DNA from: Paraglomus brasilianum
Lineage: Eukaryota
Direction of reading: 5' to 3'
Assembly: GCA_910592345.1 (NCBI GenBank)
Contig: CAJVPI010000252.1
Location: 1-38,778, forward strand
Length of the DNA stretch: 38,778 bases
Below, one piece after another: positions 1 through 12,357 of the stretch; the stretch's first letter is position 1; each line of letters opens with the position of its first letter. Position numbers and translations under genes: made by a program. The notes beneath the pieces are model-generated. The model saw only the letters and a list, made by a program, of their open reading frames with translations, did no database searches and was not told the origin of the DNA.

Positions 1-156
1 AAAAGGAACCAAAATTTGGGGTGCTTGCCGATCTATCAAAAACGGAACTCCTGGTGTATCAAAAACGAAACTTTTGCCTTCAAATTCTATTAGCTTAAAG
101 TCATGTGATTTCGATTCAAGTTCAGGGACGTTTTCACCCACAAAGTTCCATTTGAT

Positions 157-2745
157 ATGGAAATAGATGACGATGCAAACGACATCCAGATAATACCTTT
201 TATATCAAGTATAAGCTCACAGTTGAATGAGTTGAATGACAAATTAGCCGACGAACAGATCGAAGAATATTTTCAGAGCAAGGCAAGACGATGTCTTCAC
301 TACACGCTTTCTTGTGATTCACTTATCTATCTTTTTAATCTCAAATTATTTTCAATCTGCAGCTTTATCTCCTGTCGTCAGATAACCAATTCGTTAGATT
401 TGTAACCAGAAAGTGTATTACCCGGTTCTTCTTACACCCTAATAGACAAGTATGTACGATAACGGATCATCACTGTTTTCATGTCATGCCATGATAATAA
501 ACTAGATTACTCAAATCAAATTCTGCATTTCGAGAAGACGCTCCATCGACAGTCAATTTGTTCTCTCCTCACGTCAATACATTCGCATCTCCTATTATCC
601 TTGTCACGATCTCATCGTGCTGCCATCCATGATTACTCGGCATTGAGTACAATTTTGGATATATATCATGATGTGCTGAAGCACTACAGAGCGTATTTGG
701 AGGTTGAAGATGAAGAAACAAATGACCATGCTGGATCGCAACTCATAATAGGGAACTATTGGGCGTGGATTAAGACAATTAGCGATTGGATACAAGCATC
801 GCACAATGAATGGAGGGTATGTTAATTTTTAGCCTTCAGATGACAGTATGCGAGGATCCTGATCACACTGGCTTATGAAAGAACTATTGTACTCTAGGGA
901 GACGACTATCTTGTAATAGTGCCATGCTTAACAGTATTAGTGGACATTATCAAATTAAAACTATTGATGTCTGAATTGGATGTTGATGATCTTGAAACGA
1001 TAGAGGCCATTGACAGTATATTGGACGTTGTAAACAATAATCTGCCAAAGGTAAGTTCGCTACTAACTGCAAACCGTAACAGCCATTACTTTTGTAATCG
1101 CTTAATGATTGTTTACTCATAAATTACAGATTTGTACACTGATGACCTTTCCACATATAACAGCTATACGAAGATTATTAGAGTTAATACTACTCACGAT
1201 TAAGTCAACTGATAATGCATCAGTGGTATGTACGTTTACTTGTTATCACAATACAAGTTCTGTTGAGTTAATGCCATTTCGATACGCGAAATACTACACA
1301 CATTCGTCTTATTTTTAGTTTCCATTCTCATCGACTATTCTTCACTTTACAGATCTCCCTCCTCCTCTCAGCTCTAACTCCTTACACGAATTACCTCACA
1401 TCCGTTCTAACGAGCTCGACGTTCTCCGCTTTGACATCTCCAACTGAATACACGGAATTTTTCCTTTCCCAACGACAATACGATAACCCCGCGTTCATCC
1501 CTTATGATGCAGAATGTTTGAAACGAGTTATCATAATATATATGAGAAGTGTAGAAGTGTTCTGTGATAAATTTGAAAACGATACTGATGAATACGCGAC
1601 TAATGAAGATATCGAGAATGGAATCAGATGTGTGCTTGATGCGATTGAAGGTATGGTATGGACTCACCGCCATGACAGAGAAATGTGTTTTTTCCCCCCC
1701 TCCCGATTAATAACCAATTACCTGGTTCTAATAAGATATAGGCTTACCAAGTGATCAGACAGTAGTCGAACACGTTTTTCGTCTGTTCAACAATAACGAT
1801 GCGGATATGTTTGACATTATGTTAAGTATGACGAAGCTTGCGATCAAAAAGACTCAGAAAAAGCTAGAGAGGTGAGTGTTATCGACGAGAACAGTTTGCT
1901 GTAGGAATAGTATGATATGTTGCTAACCATCACTAACATTCGATCAACCACGTTCTATTAACGATCATCAACTCGGCTATATCGACGCTTGTTTTTTTCT
2001 CCATTCCGACTGGTTTACCACTCTCAACCGTGATTCTAACCATTTCAAACTTATTCATTCACTCACTCATCTCTCACATTCACGTAGTTTGCTGCATATT
2101 CAGCCTTCCATTTCACGTCTAACTAGTTATGTCGTCGCCCTTTGTCCGCCTCACGTTCTATTCCTTCGATTCCTGCAATCCACAGGATTTGATCATTCGA
2201 TCTTGCTTGATTTTCTTATTTCAAACGAGACTAGATTCCTCGAATTCATTGTCCTGTATATGAGGTATTTATTGGCGGACGTCGAAAGGTTTATTGTAGA
2301 ATATGAGATGAACGATATGGTGAGAATCAGCGGTGAACGTGGGAGTGAGAATGGAAATGAGGATGAAGATAAGGATGATGGTAATGTTGGAAATGAGAAT
2401 GAGAATGGAGGCGTGGCTAATAGTAAAGCTGGGAATGAGAGTGGGAATCGCAACGAGGGTGATAGCAGTAATAGAAATAGAGATTATATTGGTAATGATA
2501 ATAAGGATCACATTGAAAATAATGAACGACATGGGAATAGGAAAAGACTCGCTGACGTTGTTATTAAGGATCTTTGTAGAAATCAGGGTAATTGCAAGAA
2601 AGGCGAAAACGTCAACCGATTTCTTGACATGATGGTCGAATTGAGGGAAGCAACAGAATCATTGATGAGACGGCAGTTATTTCCTTATAACGCTAGATCG
2701 TTGGTACAAAGGATTGTATCTGTTGAGGAAGCACTAATGATGTGA
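157..2745 (+). CDS. Protein Lines (LINS1) homolog, ~8 exons
   Basis: The last exon has PHVLFLRFLQSTGFDHSILLDFLISNETRFLEFIVLYMRYL and LFPYNARSLVQRI, matching Lines family motifs. Upstream exons splice in frame from ATG 157; the first intron is GC-AG (283-362). Confidence 0.8.
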
Positions 2746-4375
2746 AAAATGGGCATATTCAATAATATTAAAAACATAAATGGAATATCCGTAAAGCAAT
2801 TCAGCCATCGTTATTTGCTTCAATGCGTTCAATCTAAATCGGTTACATGCGCCTATATAATAGAGATTCCCATTCGAAATATAGTTAGAATGCGAACAAC
2901 AGCTTTGTTGATCGATCTTGCATAAGAAATAATTTAATTTTGTTTAACGCATCTACGTTGTTTGTTTGGCGCACTGTTTGCCTATTGTTTAAAACGCCAC
3001 AATGAGAAGTTATGTTTCCTTCTTGTATAAGAAAGAGGGTTGTTGCTGCATATATTTCCTTTTTTGCACGAGGGCAGTCTTATTTAGACAACATAAAAAG
3101 TCAATTGCGTTTTACGCTACTATTTATGGAATATTTCCGGGACTCATGATCCGAAATGTTGGTGCTCATAATTTAGTTTGCTATATGCTAATGAATTACA
3201 AAGAATCTAGATGCGCCAAAGAACAACCAACACGGTGCCAACCTCTGGTCATTGTGTTAAGAGTTCTTAAAACAAACGATTTCTTATTATCATAATCAAT
3301 AGAGAGCAAAAATAACGATTCCCAGTAGAAATTGCATAGTAAAGATCCAAATGGTAAACTGTAACACCTTATGGACTGTAAAAATGAAATATTCGGTTTA
3401 ATTCACTTCTATTTCAGGCGAAAATAACTCTTGCGTACTATAAATACGCTAGCTTTAGCTATTCATAGGTTAATTTGTGTGCTCTCAATGAAAACGAGCT
3501 CTGCAGGTACATGTCCAATTTTAGTCAATTTTGGTCAATTTTGGTCAATTTATATTTTAAAGCATTATGTTCGAGTTAAATTGTGGTTAGGAAACTATTA
3601 AGCGTGTGATGTGAGAACAATATTTCTATTACATTGCGCCTATTACTATTGATTAGATCAACTTAATTATTGTGGCTGGAAACCAATACCCAAGCTATTG
3701 ATGTTGTGTAGTCGCTTGCTTTCTATTCACCGTTATTTACATTCTATCTATTGCCTAGTGAGATTGTTTTATAGTTCTATTGCGTGTTTGTATTATTGTG
3801 TCGCAAGATTTGAGCGAGATGGATAAGGTATTAATTTAGATTACATCATAATCAGGGGAATTGGGGCTCAACAACATTGTTGCCATAGATAGAGATAATT
3901 CGACCCGTTACAAAGGGATTGATTCGACATTTGTTTAGTCAAAAATGTCCACAAATGATTGCGGATAAAGGTCGGACCGTTCGCGCGAATCTCCGTAATT
4001 GCCATACCTTGCACAATTTACATTCTCCCAATCAAAGTACGAATGCAAGCTTATTGAACAAAATTGTAAATACCAGAGCTCAGCCCCCTCAACAAATGAG
4101 AATAAAAAAGTTTTTTCGAGGGGGCAGTTTGATTTTGTTTCGTCTCTTTTTCACCGTAAGAAAAAATAACAGACGTCAGTATAGTAACTACCAATAACAC
4201 ACACCAACAATAACAGCCTTGTAACTATTACCACTATTACTAAAACTTCAAGCACTTACCACTCTATCGAAATAACTATACAATACTCTTCATCTCCTCC
4301 CAGCTTTTCTAGCTTGTTTTTTTTTTTTTATTATTTTTAATATTTTCTCATATCAACATTATATCGAATTCCACA

Positions 4376-4393
4376 ATGGCTTTCACTCTCTAA
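4376..4393 (+). promoter_or_regulatory. uORF1 of the GCN4/cpc-1 leader (MAFTL*)
   Basis: ACA-ATG-GCT-TTC-ACT-CTC-TAA in a strong start context, preceded by ~275 nt with no ATG. It resembles the short MA-starting uORF1 of yeast GCN4 and Neurospora cpc-1. Confidence 0.75.
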
Positions 4394-4528
4394 ATAACCC
4401 ACTTCAAAGCTCCCTCCTGCTTTGACATTTACTAACCCATACTAGCAAAGTCATTTTCACACAACAAATTATTCTCCCTTCTCAATTTCTTACACAACCC
4501 ATTCTTACCGTTTATTTCGGCAAGCAAA

Positions 4529-4630
4529 ATGATTGCCATATCACACCTCCCCACTCATCACAATGTGTCGATAACCTTTCAGTATCAGCGGATATATCTA
4601 TCGTTGAAACTATCCAAAACTGTGCTATAA
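4529..4630 (+). promoter_or_regulatory. uORF2 (33 aa) with nested out-of-frame uORF3 (4563-4574, MCR*)
   Basis: ATG 4529 to TAA 4630 encodes MIAISHLPTHHNVSITFQYQRIYLSLKLSKTVL. ATG TGT CGA TAA lies at 4563. No further ATG occurs before the main start at 4843. Confidence 0.65.
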
Positions 4631-4842
4631 AGCAAATTTCATTTACTTGGTATTTTAGGAATACGTATTAACGGCTGCCCTTTCTGTTTGGAGATTACTT
4701 TTGTTCAAATTAGGGATTAGTTGCTTTATTTCAGAAATTGATTCTTTTTAGACCATAAAATAACAACAAAAAAACAAACAAATACCTTTAATCAAAACTA
4801 CCATTTATTTTTGTTTGGTTGAATTTTTAATCTTTCTCGATT

Positions 4843-6240
4843 ATGACACAACACCAAAATTCCACAACCCCAAACACTCCACCAATGCAATCGCCTTACC
4901 TTTCTCCGGCTCCCTCCAAATCGATGTCCTCTCCACTACACTTGGCGTCATCGCATCCATCTCCGATGTCTACAACATTCCCCAACAACCCTCTCAACGC
5001 GTCCACCATGTCGTACATGTCTACTTCACTCGATTCCGGCTTCTTGCCGTCGCCGGCTCTGTTCCAGGACTGGCTCTCGAGTACTTCCGAGATGATTAAA
5101 CCAATGGACTCGGCTTTCTTTCAAGAGTGGCTATCGTCTGATTTCGACAAATTTCCCGAGAGTGATGACACCTCTTCGCACACCACGCTTAACAGTCAGA
5201 CCGTGTCTCCGATTCTATCGAGTGATGTAACGAGTCCGATGACCGTTGTAGGTTTCGATAAAGTTGGAAGCATAGGCGATCTATTTGGATCACCATTGTT
5301 CGAAAATATAAATTGCCATGCCGATGAGATGGGCGAGTTGTTTCCAGAGTTGGCAGAAGGAAACGGAGCGCAGGCATCTAACACGTTTAATAACACAAAT
5401 GGAATCTCATCCTTGGACCGACTTGGTGCTTCTACGAGTATGACTGATGACATGATTAATGCCATTCCACCTTCTACTGTTTCTCTAATCACATCACCAA
5501 CAACGTCTACTTCGCTTTCGATGCCTCAGTCTAATGCATCACATACGGCTGCTATCTCAAGGACTCTTTCTTCATCTTCATCCTCTTCGTCTTCCTCCTC
5601 GTCTTCCTCTTTTCATATACAATCTGGTCTATCACCTTCGGTAACCATCCCTTGGACTGTAGATGAAAACCAAATATCGGAAGATTTGGGTGGGAAAACA
5701 AAGCTCAATACGAGATTGACAAAAATTGCACCCAATCCGGGTGTGTATACGCTTGGTCCTAGAAGAATAGGCGTTGGCGTACACAAAGCGTCTGGTGTTG
5801 TTTCCTTATCTTCTAATAATGGAGTAATCCAACAAAGCTCAATGTCACAGAAACCTTTTGTTCAGAACGCTCCTTTCTCTCCTTCTTCTCCGGTATCTTC
5901 CACATCGACTCCTATCTCGCTTCCATCCCGATCACGGAAACGCTCTAGCTCCGAGATGCAGAAGTCTTCCGACTCCCTCGCCGAAGAGCTCGCCATCAAG
6001 CGTGCAAAGAATACCGATGCCGCGCGACGTAGTCGTCTTCGCAAGGTTATGAAAATGGAATCACTTGAAGTAGAAGTCAGTCGGCTAAAAGAAAATACAA
6101 ATGATTTAGAGAAGAAGATTGCTGTATTGGAAAGTGAGAAGAGGAATTTGGAGGAGAGAAGCGAGGAGAGGGAACAGAGAGTAAGAGAGTTGGAAAAATT
6201 ATTGAGTGAGGCACATCAGCGACTTATTGGTAAGATTTAG
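4843..6240 (+). CDS. GCN4: GCN4/CPC-1-type bZIP transcription factor (general amino-acid control), intronless, 465 aa
   Basis: C-terminal basic region KRAKNTDAARRSRLRK followed by a leucine zipper; Ser-rich/acidic N-terminus with hydrophobic clusters; uORFs in the leader. Confidence 0.85.
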   Translation: MTQHQNSTTPNTPPMQSPYLSPAPSKSMSSPLHLASSHPSPMSTTFPNNPLNASTMSYMSTSLDSGFLPSPALFQDWLSSTSEMIKPMDSAFFQEWLSSDFDKFPESDDTSSHTTLNSQTVSPILSSDVTSPMTVVGFDKVGSIGDLFGSPLFENINCHADEMGELFPELAEGNGAQASNTFNNTNGISSLDRLGASTSMTDDMINAIPPSTVSLITSPTTSTSLSMPQSNASHTAAISRTLSSSSSSSSSSSSSSFHIQSGLSPSVTIPWTVDENQISEDLGGKTKLNTRLTKIAPNPGVYTLGPRRIGVGVHKASGVVSLSSNNGVIQQSSMSQKPFVQNAPFSPSSPVSSTSTPISLPSRSRKRSSSEMQKSSDSLAEELAIKRAKNTDAARRSRLRKVMKMESLEVEVSRLKENTNDLEKKIAVLESEKRNLEERSEEREQRVRELEKLLSEAHQRLIGKI

Positions 6241-7127
6241 GCGTACGTACGTCATTTTTAGCGAGCTTAGATGTTTGGCGACGCCCCGAGGTATTCTGCG
6301 AATACTCGGCATATCGCTTCTTGTCGTTGGGTATGAATTTTCATGTTAAAAATTTTCTTCATATTATACATAGTTTTTCATTTCAGGCTGAATATTATTT
6401 TTTTTCTTCATTTACGATTACTTCAACAGTTGTTATTCAATGGGAATTTGTATGAATAAAAAAGTACTTATTAATACTCTGATAAATTTCTTATATTGAA
6501 TTGACAGTGAAAGTCATTCTGATCTTAACAATCGACAATCATACGTATTTAAAGTTGTCAATAGTCGTAGTCAAGCATACAGAATCCATGATAGCCTTAA
6601 TATTGCACCCACCATTTAGCAGGGAGTTGAACGCGCGAGGAATAATCGAAAACGGAATGTAGTAAAGCAGCTGTGGGGTTGTCGTTCCCGACGTCTTTAC
6701 GATAAAAGTTTTGACAATCGATTCATTGGGCAAGGAGATGCTGTACTATCGGCTGGGAACGCGAAGTTGAGAGAGACTGAAAGAGAATACTGTGATACTT
6801 TTAGAAAACCAAAGGGAGCAATCATTAAGGGGGATCGCATCGTTACTATTGCTACTCCAAATGTACTTCATTCATAGGACATTATTCATTATTCCTTCCC
6901 AATATAGAAATACAAATTGTCAACCGCCAATAGAATTTCGAATTATAGTCATATTATCCCACAAAGTTATCCCACATTTTTAACGTCGTACAGTATATTC
7001 CTATATATAGTATTTAACACACAATGCTGACCGGAATTAATGTTTGTCTTTACTTATATAAGAATTATACTGTGCGACGTTAAAAGTGTGTTTTCTTGAC
7101 CATAATGAATTTCGAATATATTATAAT

Positions 7128-7233
7128 TAGTATAGACCGGCCAATTTGGTCCCAAACCGCAGTCTCATAATCTTATATCGATCCGGTTTCAGGCTGTCTC
7201 TCACGGTCTTGTATATCCGGTCTCAGATCACTA
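7128..7233. mobile_element. Possible degenerate MITE
   Basis: Imperfect inverted ends TAGTATAGACCGG ... CCGGTCTCAGATCACTA, with internal GGTC/GACC-type motifs in AT-rich flanks. Confidence 0.3.
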
Positions 7234-8301
7234 TAATTTACATTCATATTAATCATGATATTAATATCACCAAATTCAGTATCAACCCAACTTTTGAGAC
7301 GTAAAGTTGCTCGCCTCATCGATAACGCAGAAAAAAATTAAGCAATTGATTTCTTGTATATGAGGTGGAATGGAATGCTGTGAAGGAAAAAATCCCGGGG
7401 TTGTTCTATTAGCGGAAGTTTTCTTGCAGGGAGTTATTTATATAGTCTCTGCTGGGAGAAGTGTTTGTGCTCACATATTGAGCTAAGGCCAATTAATATA
7501 ATAATATTTCTGAAAATAAAAATTTGTATAATGAAAGTGATTATTATTATGATATCAATTTTTATAGCCAGTCCAGTTTAAACTATACCCACAAATCGAG
7601 AAGAATAAATATTCATGCTTTTCTTCAATTATCAATCTCTATTATGGAAACAAAGAAAAGAATATTGTCCTGTTACTAATTAAGAAATCACCATTTACGT
7701 GATGTGTCTAACAAGTTAGAAGTTTGTCCCCCAACAGCACATTTTTTAGACTAAGAAACTACAAGTACTGAAGAGACTTTATTTCAGAAAGGAGAGAAGG
7801 TAACTTAAACCAGCGTATTTCAGTTACGTAGCCGTTATTCCTGAAAGTAGATCGCGAAAATATCTGGATTGTGTAGATCAAATAAAGACGTTCTTCTGGA
7901 TCTCTAGCTGGAGTTTCAGCAGTCCACGACAAATACGGCATATGTCAGAAGAGGATTTTAATACATTCACAAAATTAAAATCATGCACACACACGTTTTA
8001 ACAAAATAAGCTATTTGTTTTTTGTGAATTTCAGCTTTTAGTCTTTCGCTCACGCTGAAATTTACTCTAACAACACTTTGAAGCCAAGTGAGTTTGGGCA
8101 ACACAATTATTGCTTTTAGGCTTTATATAATGTAAAGTTCTCTGGTATGGGCTACATTTCTTGAAAATTCTATACTAATACGTTCACTTTGTCGGTTAAT
8201 TTTGCTCAAGGGGATCACATGGTGATCTAATAATGGATATTAATATGTCGGTCAGTGAAAAAATATCGTTTCTAACTACCCTCGATTCTTTGCAATAAAT
8301 C

Positions 8302-11300
8302 ATGGCACAATATACTTACGACGAACAGGGGGTCACGTTCAACTACTTTCTACTGACAATACTGTCTCTTATTCTTATTCCGACTACGTTGGGACTTTTC
8401 AAGAAAGATAAGGGTTCGTTATTTTTCGTTAGATAGAGTTTTTGGATCATCGTAATGGTTCCAGTTGGGGGAAATATAAAAGTAGGCAATGTCGAAATGG
8501 AATCATGTATACTATCCGCGAAAATAAGGAGACGAGAGAAAAATGAACAATATTAAAATGTAGTAGTGTGTAATAACCCTCGTGGACTAAAGTATGGTAT
8601 TGTGTTAGCTATCGAATAACGGGGAGAGACTAATTACTATGAATGTTACGAGTTCAAAGCATATTCACTATCTCTGTTCAAATAACAATTCTATGTACTC
8701 ACTCAACAGACCAGAAAACACGCCCGATCAAATGTTCTTGTCATGCCTGTAAAATAAATAACGATTATGCCCAAACGCAGAAAATTAAGTCCAGTCTCGG
8801 TTTGATCAATAAAAAGTACGATCTCACTTCCTCCTCAAAAATGTTGAAACGCCTTTTCTCACGAATGATCACCTTCATTCATTATTGTTTTTACAGGACC
8901 GTGTTATTGGGAGTAGGCTGGGCTCTGTTCGCGTATATATGCTATCAGATTGCCAATACAACGGTCGATTATCAGATTTGGGATCCGTATCAAGTGTTAG
9001 GGTTGAGCGAGGTATGATCGAAGTCAAAAATAGGTTTACTGGATGTAAACACATTAGATTCGAACTGAAGCTTGTTGTTTAAAAAGGGAGCAACGATGGA
9101 GGAGATTAAAAAGCATTATAAGAAGCTCAGTCTGAAATGGTACGAGTTGTAATATTCAATGTTGAGATTACGACCGAAAGAGTATTTATACATATTAACG
9201 TGATTTAGGCATCCTGATAAAGTTTCAGAAGAGAATAAGCAAGAGGCTGAGGCCATATTTATCGAATACACTAAAGCATACAAAGTGTATGTATAATTAT
9301 GCTATTATCTGTATTCACAGACAGGAGTATGATTTGATTTACAAATTTTACATCACATCAATCTAGTCTAACGGATGAAGAAATCAGAAAGAATTATGAA
9401 GAATGGGGCCATCCGGATGGAAAACAAGGTGCTGTCTAGGTTCAACTCGTTGGATTAAAAATTACCGATTGCTTACTGTTTACTTTTTTAAATGTCAGCA
9501 TACACAATGGGAATAGCTTTACCTAAATGGATAGTTGAAGCACAAAATAACGTATATGTCCTTGGAGTATATGGGATTCTATTCGGGGTATTTCTCCCCT
9601 ACTATGTGGTATGTATGCATCGAGACATCATGTGGTTATGGGCCTTATTATTTATTGATATATTAGGTACCAGTATTTCACTCTTTTAATATTAATACTA
9701 ATCCTTACAATTCATACAAATTTTAGGGTCAATGGTGGTACAATTCCAATATGTATACGAAGCACAAGATTCTAACAACTACAATGAAGACATTTTTTAA
9801 AGGCGTTAACAAAAAGACTAGCATTGGATCTTTATTAGAGCTTTTATCGGCTTCGACGGAATTTGAGATATTAGTTAAACAACGTCCATCAGACCAGGTG
9901 ACTGTGCCAAAAATAATATCTGCAGTCAAAGGCGAGTTAGACAAAAGATTTGGAGAGAAGTATGAACAGAGTAAGAAGGTGAGCATTATAACATGAATTG
10001 GTTGCGACACTTCGATTTTAATATTAAACATTACTTATTGTTAATGACGTGATAGTACAATAGTCCGTACTGTCAGAAAGCACATGCTTTATTATGTGCT
10101 CATCTCTTAAGAGTTAAAGTTGAAGATGAGAATCTTTCAAAAGGTATATTACTGCCTAAAATATTACGATTGTGTAATTAATCGAAGACTAACTTTTTTC
10201 TTAATCAATTATCATAGATCAAAAGTTCATAATAGAAAGATCACTCTATCTTATTAATGGACTAATTGAAATTTCCCTTGCCCATCGTTGGCTTCCAACC
10301 ACGCTCTCTTGTATGCGTCTTGCACAACAACTTGTGCAAGCAGTATGGATAGAAGAGGATCCTATTGTTCAACTGCCATACATCACACACGAAAAACTCA
10401 AATCAATGCGGAAGAAGAAGAAAAGTATTGTACAGTTGAGACAAATGAATGATGAAGAGAGAAAGTAAGATGACAACAATATATGTTCGCAGGCTTATTG
10501 ACGGGTTATTGAGATGAAAATTTTATTCTTGACTGAATTAGAGGTGTATTAAGTAACTTTACTGACGAAGAGTATGATGACATACTGCGTGTCGCTAAAG
10601 CTTATCCAATGATGGAGTTAGACGACGTTGACTTGAAAGGTAGATTTTCTCATTAGTCCGACGTTTGAAGGTTTCTATTGTGCTCATTTTGCTTACAAAT
10701 TGTTCCTACAGTTGTTGGGGAAGAACACGTGACTCCAGGTTCTATAGTCACATTTACGGTGACATTGAGTATAATGGGTAGCGGAGATTCCAAATCCAAT
10801 TCCAAAGCAAAGGCTGAAATAGTTTCAGGATCTAGTAACAGTCTACTAATACTGGGTGATGACGAAGAGAAATCCTACGACTACTCAATATTCAAAGAAC
10901 AAAATACCGAACCGAGTCCATTAGCACATGCACCATACTTTCCTTGTGAAAAGAAACCATGCTGGTGGATTTTTATAGCTGATGAAAAGCTAAACGCAAT
11001 AATCGCTGATCCAGTGAAGGTCTCTGACATTGTAACATCCAAAACTATCAAGCTAATGTTCCAAGCACCACCACAACCAAATATTTATACTTATACGGCG
11101 TTCATTAAGTGTGATTCTTACATCGGCACAGATCTCAAGAAGGATTTGAAAGTGAGAACGTACCACATAATTTAGTATACGATACGATCGGATGGCTAAT
11201 ACTATATGCACAATTTCACTGGCTAACTGGTTTTTAATATTATCTAGCTTAATGTCAGAGACCCTGCTGAACTTCCTCCGGAACCAGAAATTGATGAAGA

Positions 11301-11430
11301 AATCTCCGAGCCAGACGAAGAATCATTTCAAGGGCAAATGAAACTCATGCGAGAACAAGGCCTTGCAGCAGCCGTTGCTGGTAATGAAGGTAACAAAAAC
11401 GACTCGTCCAGCGACAGTGATAGCGATTAG
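8302..11430 (+). CDS. SEC63: Sec63 translocon J-domain subunit, 13 exons
   Basis: N-terminus MAQYTYDEQGVTFNYFLLT; J-domain (WDPYQVLG...KW|HPDK); WGHPDGKQ, MGIALPKW, HAPYFP, CDSYIGTD; acidic tail. All 12 GT-AG introns splice in frame. Confidence 0.95.
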
Positions 11431-12357
11431 TCTGGCACAGCTGGACAGACTTTATAGTGTCAGCTTTCGTACACGCGCTCGAGTTTTGTTGAAAAACGTC
11501 AAATAAGACTTTATGAAAAGGTCATTGGTGATAGCTGTATCTGCGTGGCAGTCTTGGTGGAAACAAATGTACATCAAGTCTAACGAAAGATGAGTCAGAA
11601 AACACATATACTGGTTCTACGAATTGTCGAAGTACTCGGCAATTACATAATCTAAAATAAAACAAGTAACAACACGATAAAATATTAACGAACTATGTGT
11701 AATAATTAATGTGTCGCTGTGTGCGATATGTAGTCGAAATGGTTTATTAGGAATTAGTTTGTCAATTGTCTTACGTCTTGCAGCATGGTTTGAAATACCC
11801 CAGCAAACAACTTACACTAAAATGGAAATTCGCTTGACCAAGTATATACATAATACATTCACGGCAGATGAATAGTGATTGTTGGAATTGACAGTATTTT
11901 GTAAAAAAAAAAAGATCTCAAGACTCCAAGTTTTGATTATCTCATTCGTGATATAACACCCAAGCGTAAAAGACAGAGCACAGTTTTCGAGAAAAACGCG
12001 ACGATCCCCATTTGGTATTTTCAGTTTGATGTGACCGCTGGTCATCACAAGCTTGCATTTTTTCATTGATCATGCACGCTGGCATTTCAATGAGCAAAAA
12101 ACCCAGCTACTGAAACTCGAATCCTTATCGAATAAACGAGGTCGGAACTGACTTTGTCAACCGAGTTGTGAAAAAACTCACTATTGCGTCAGCCATTGAA
12201 ATTTGGATAGTATGGTATAAATCATATTATCGTCTATTCTATTCTATTCTTTATAAATAGTGTTTCAATTGACACAATAGACGCATGTGAGTAATAATAG
12301 AGCTTGTTAAATTTATTATATTCATCCATAATAGAGAATAGTTGCAGATTACTTTCG

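Noticed and set aside
2193..2632. Overlapping alternative ORFs in the last Lines exon
   Set aside because: These are shadows of a low-complexity N/E/D/G-rich coding insert.
3515..3551. 10-bp tandem repeat CAATTTTGGT
   Set aside because: Short minisatellite with no supportable element boundaries.
4800..4845. Non-AUG N-terminal extension as in Neurospora cpc-1
   Set aside because: An in-frame TAA at 4828-4830 lies just upstream of the main ATG.
7759..7941. LRR-like fragment (LPSLLSEIKSLQYL)
   Set aside because: Too short to support, and no gene structure was found.
11591..11597. Gcn4-type site TGAGTCA
   Set aside because: It lies between the converging 3' ends of SEC63 and RPL18, and a single 7-mer is expected by chance.
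12021..12048. Box C/D-like GTGATGA...CTGA on the minus strand
   Set aside because: Only 17 nt separate the boxes and no guide is recognisable. No C/D pairs were seen in the RPL18 introns either.
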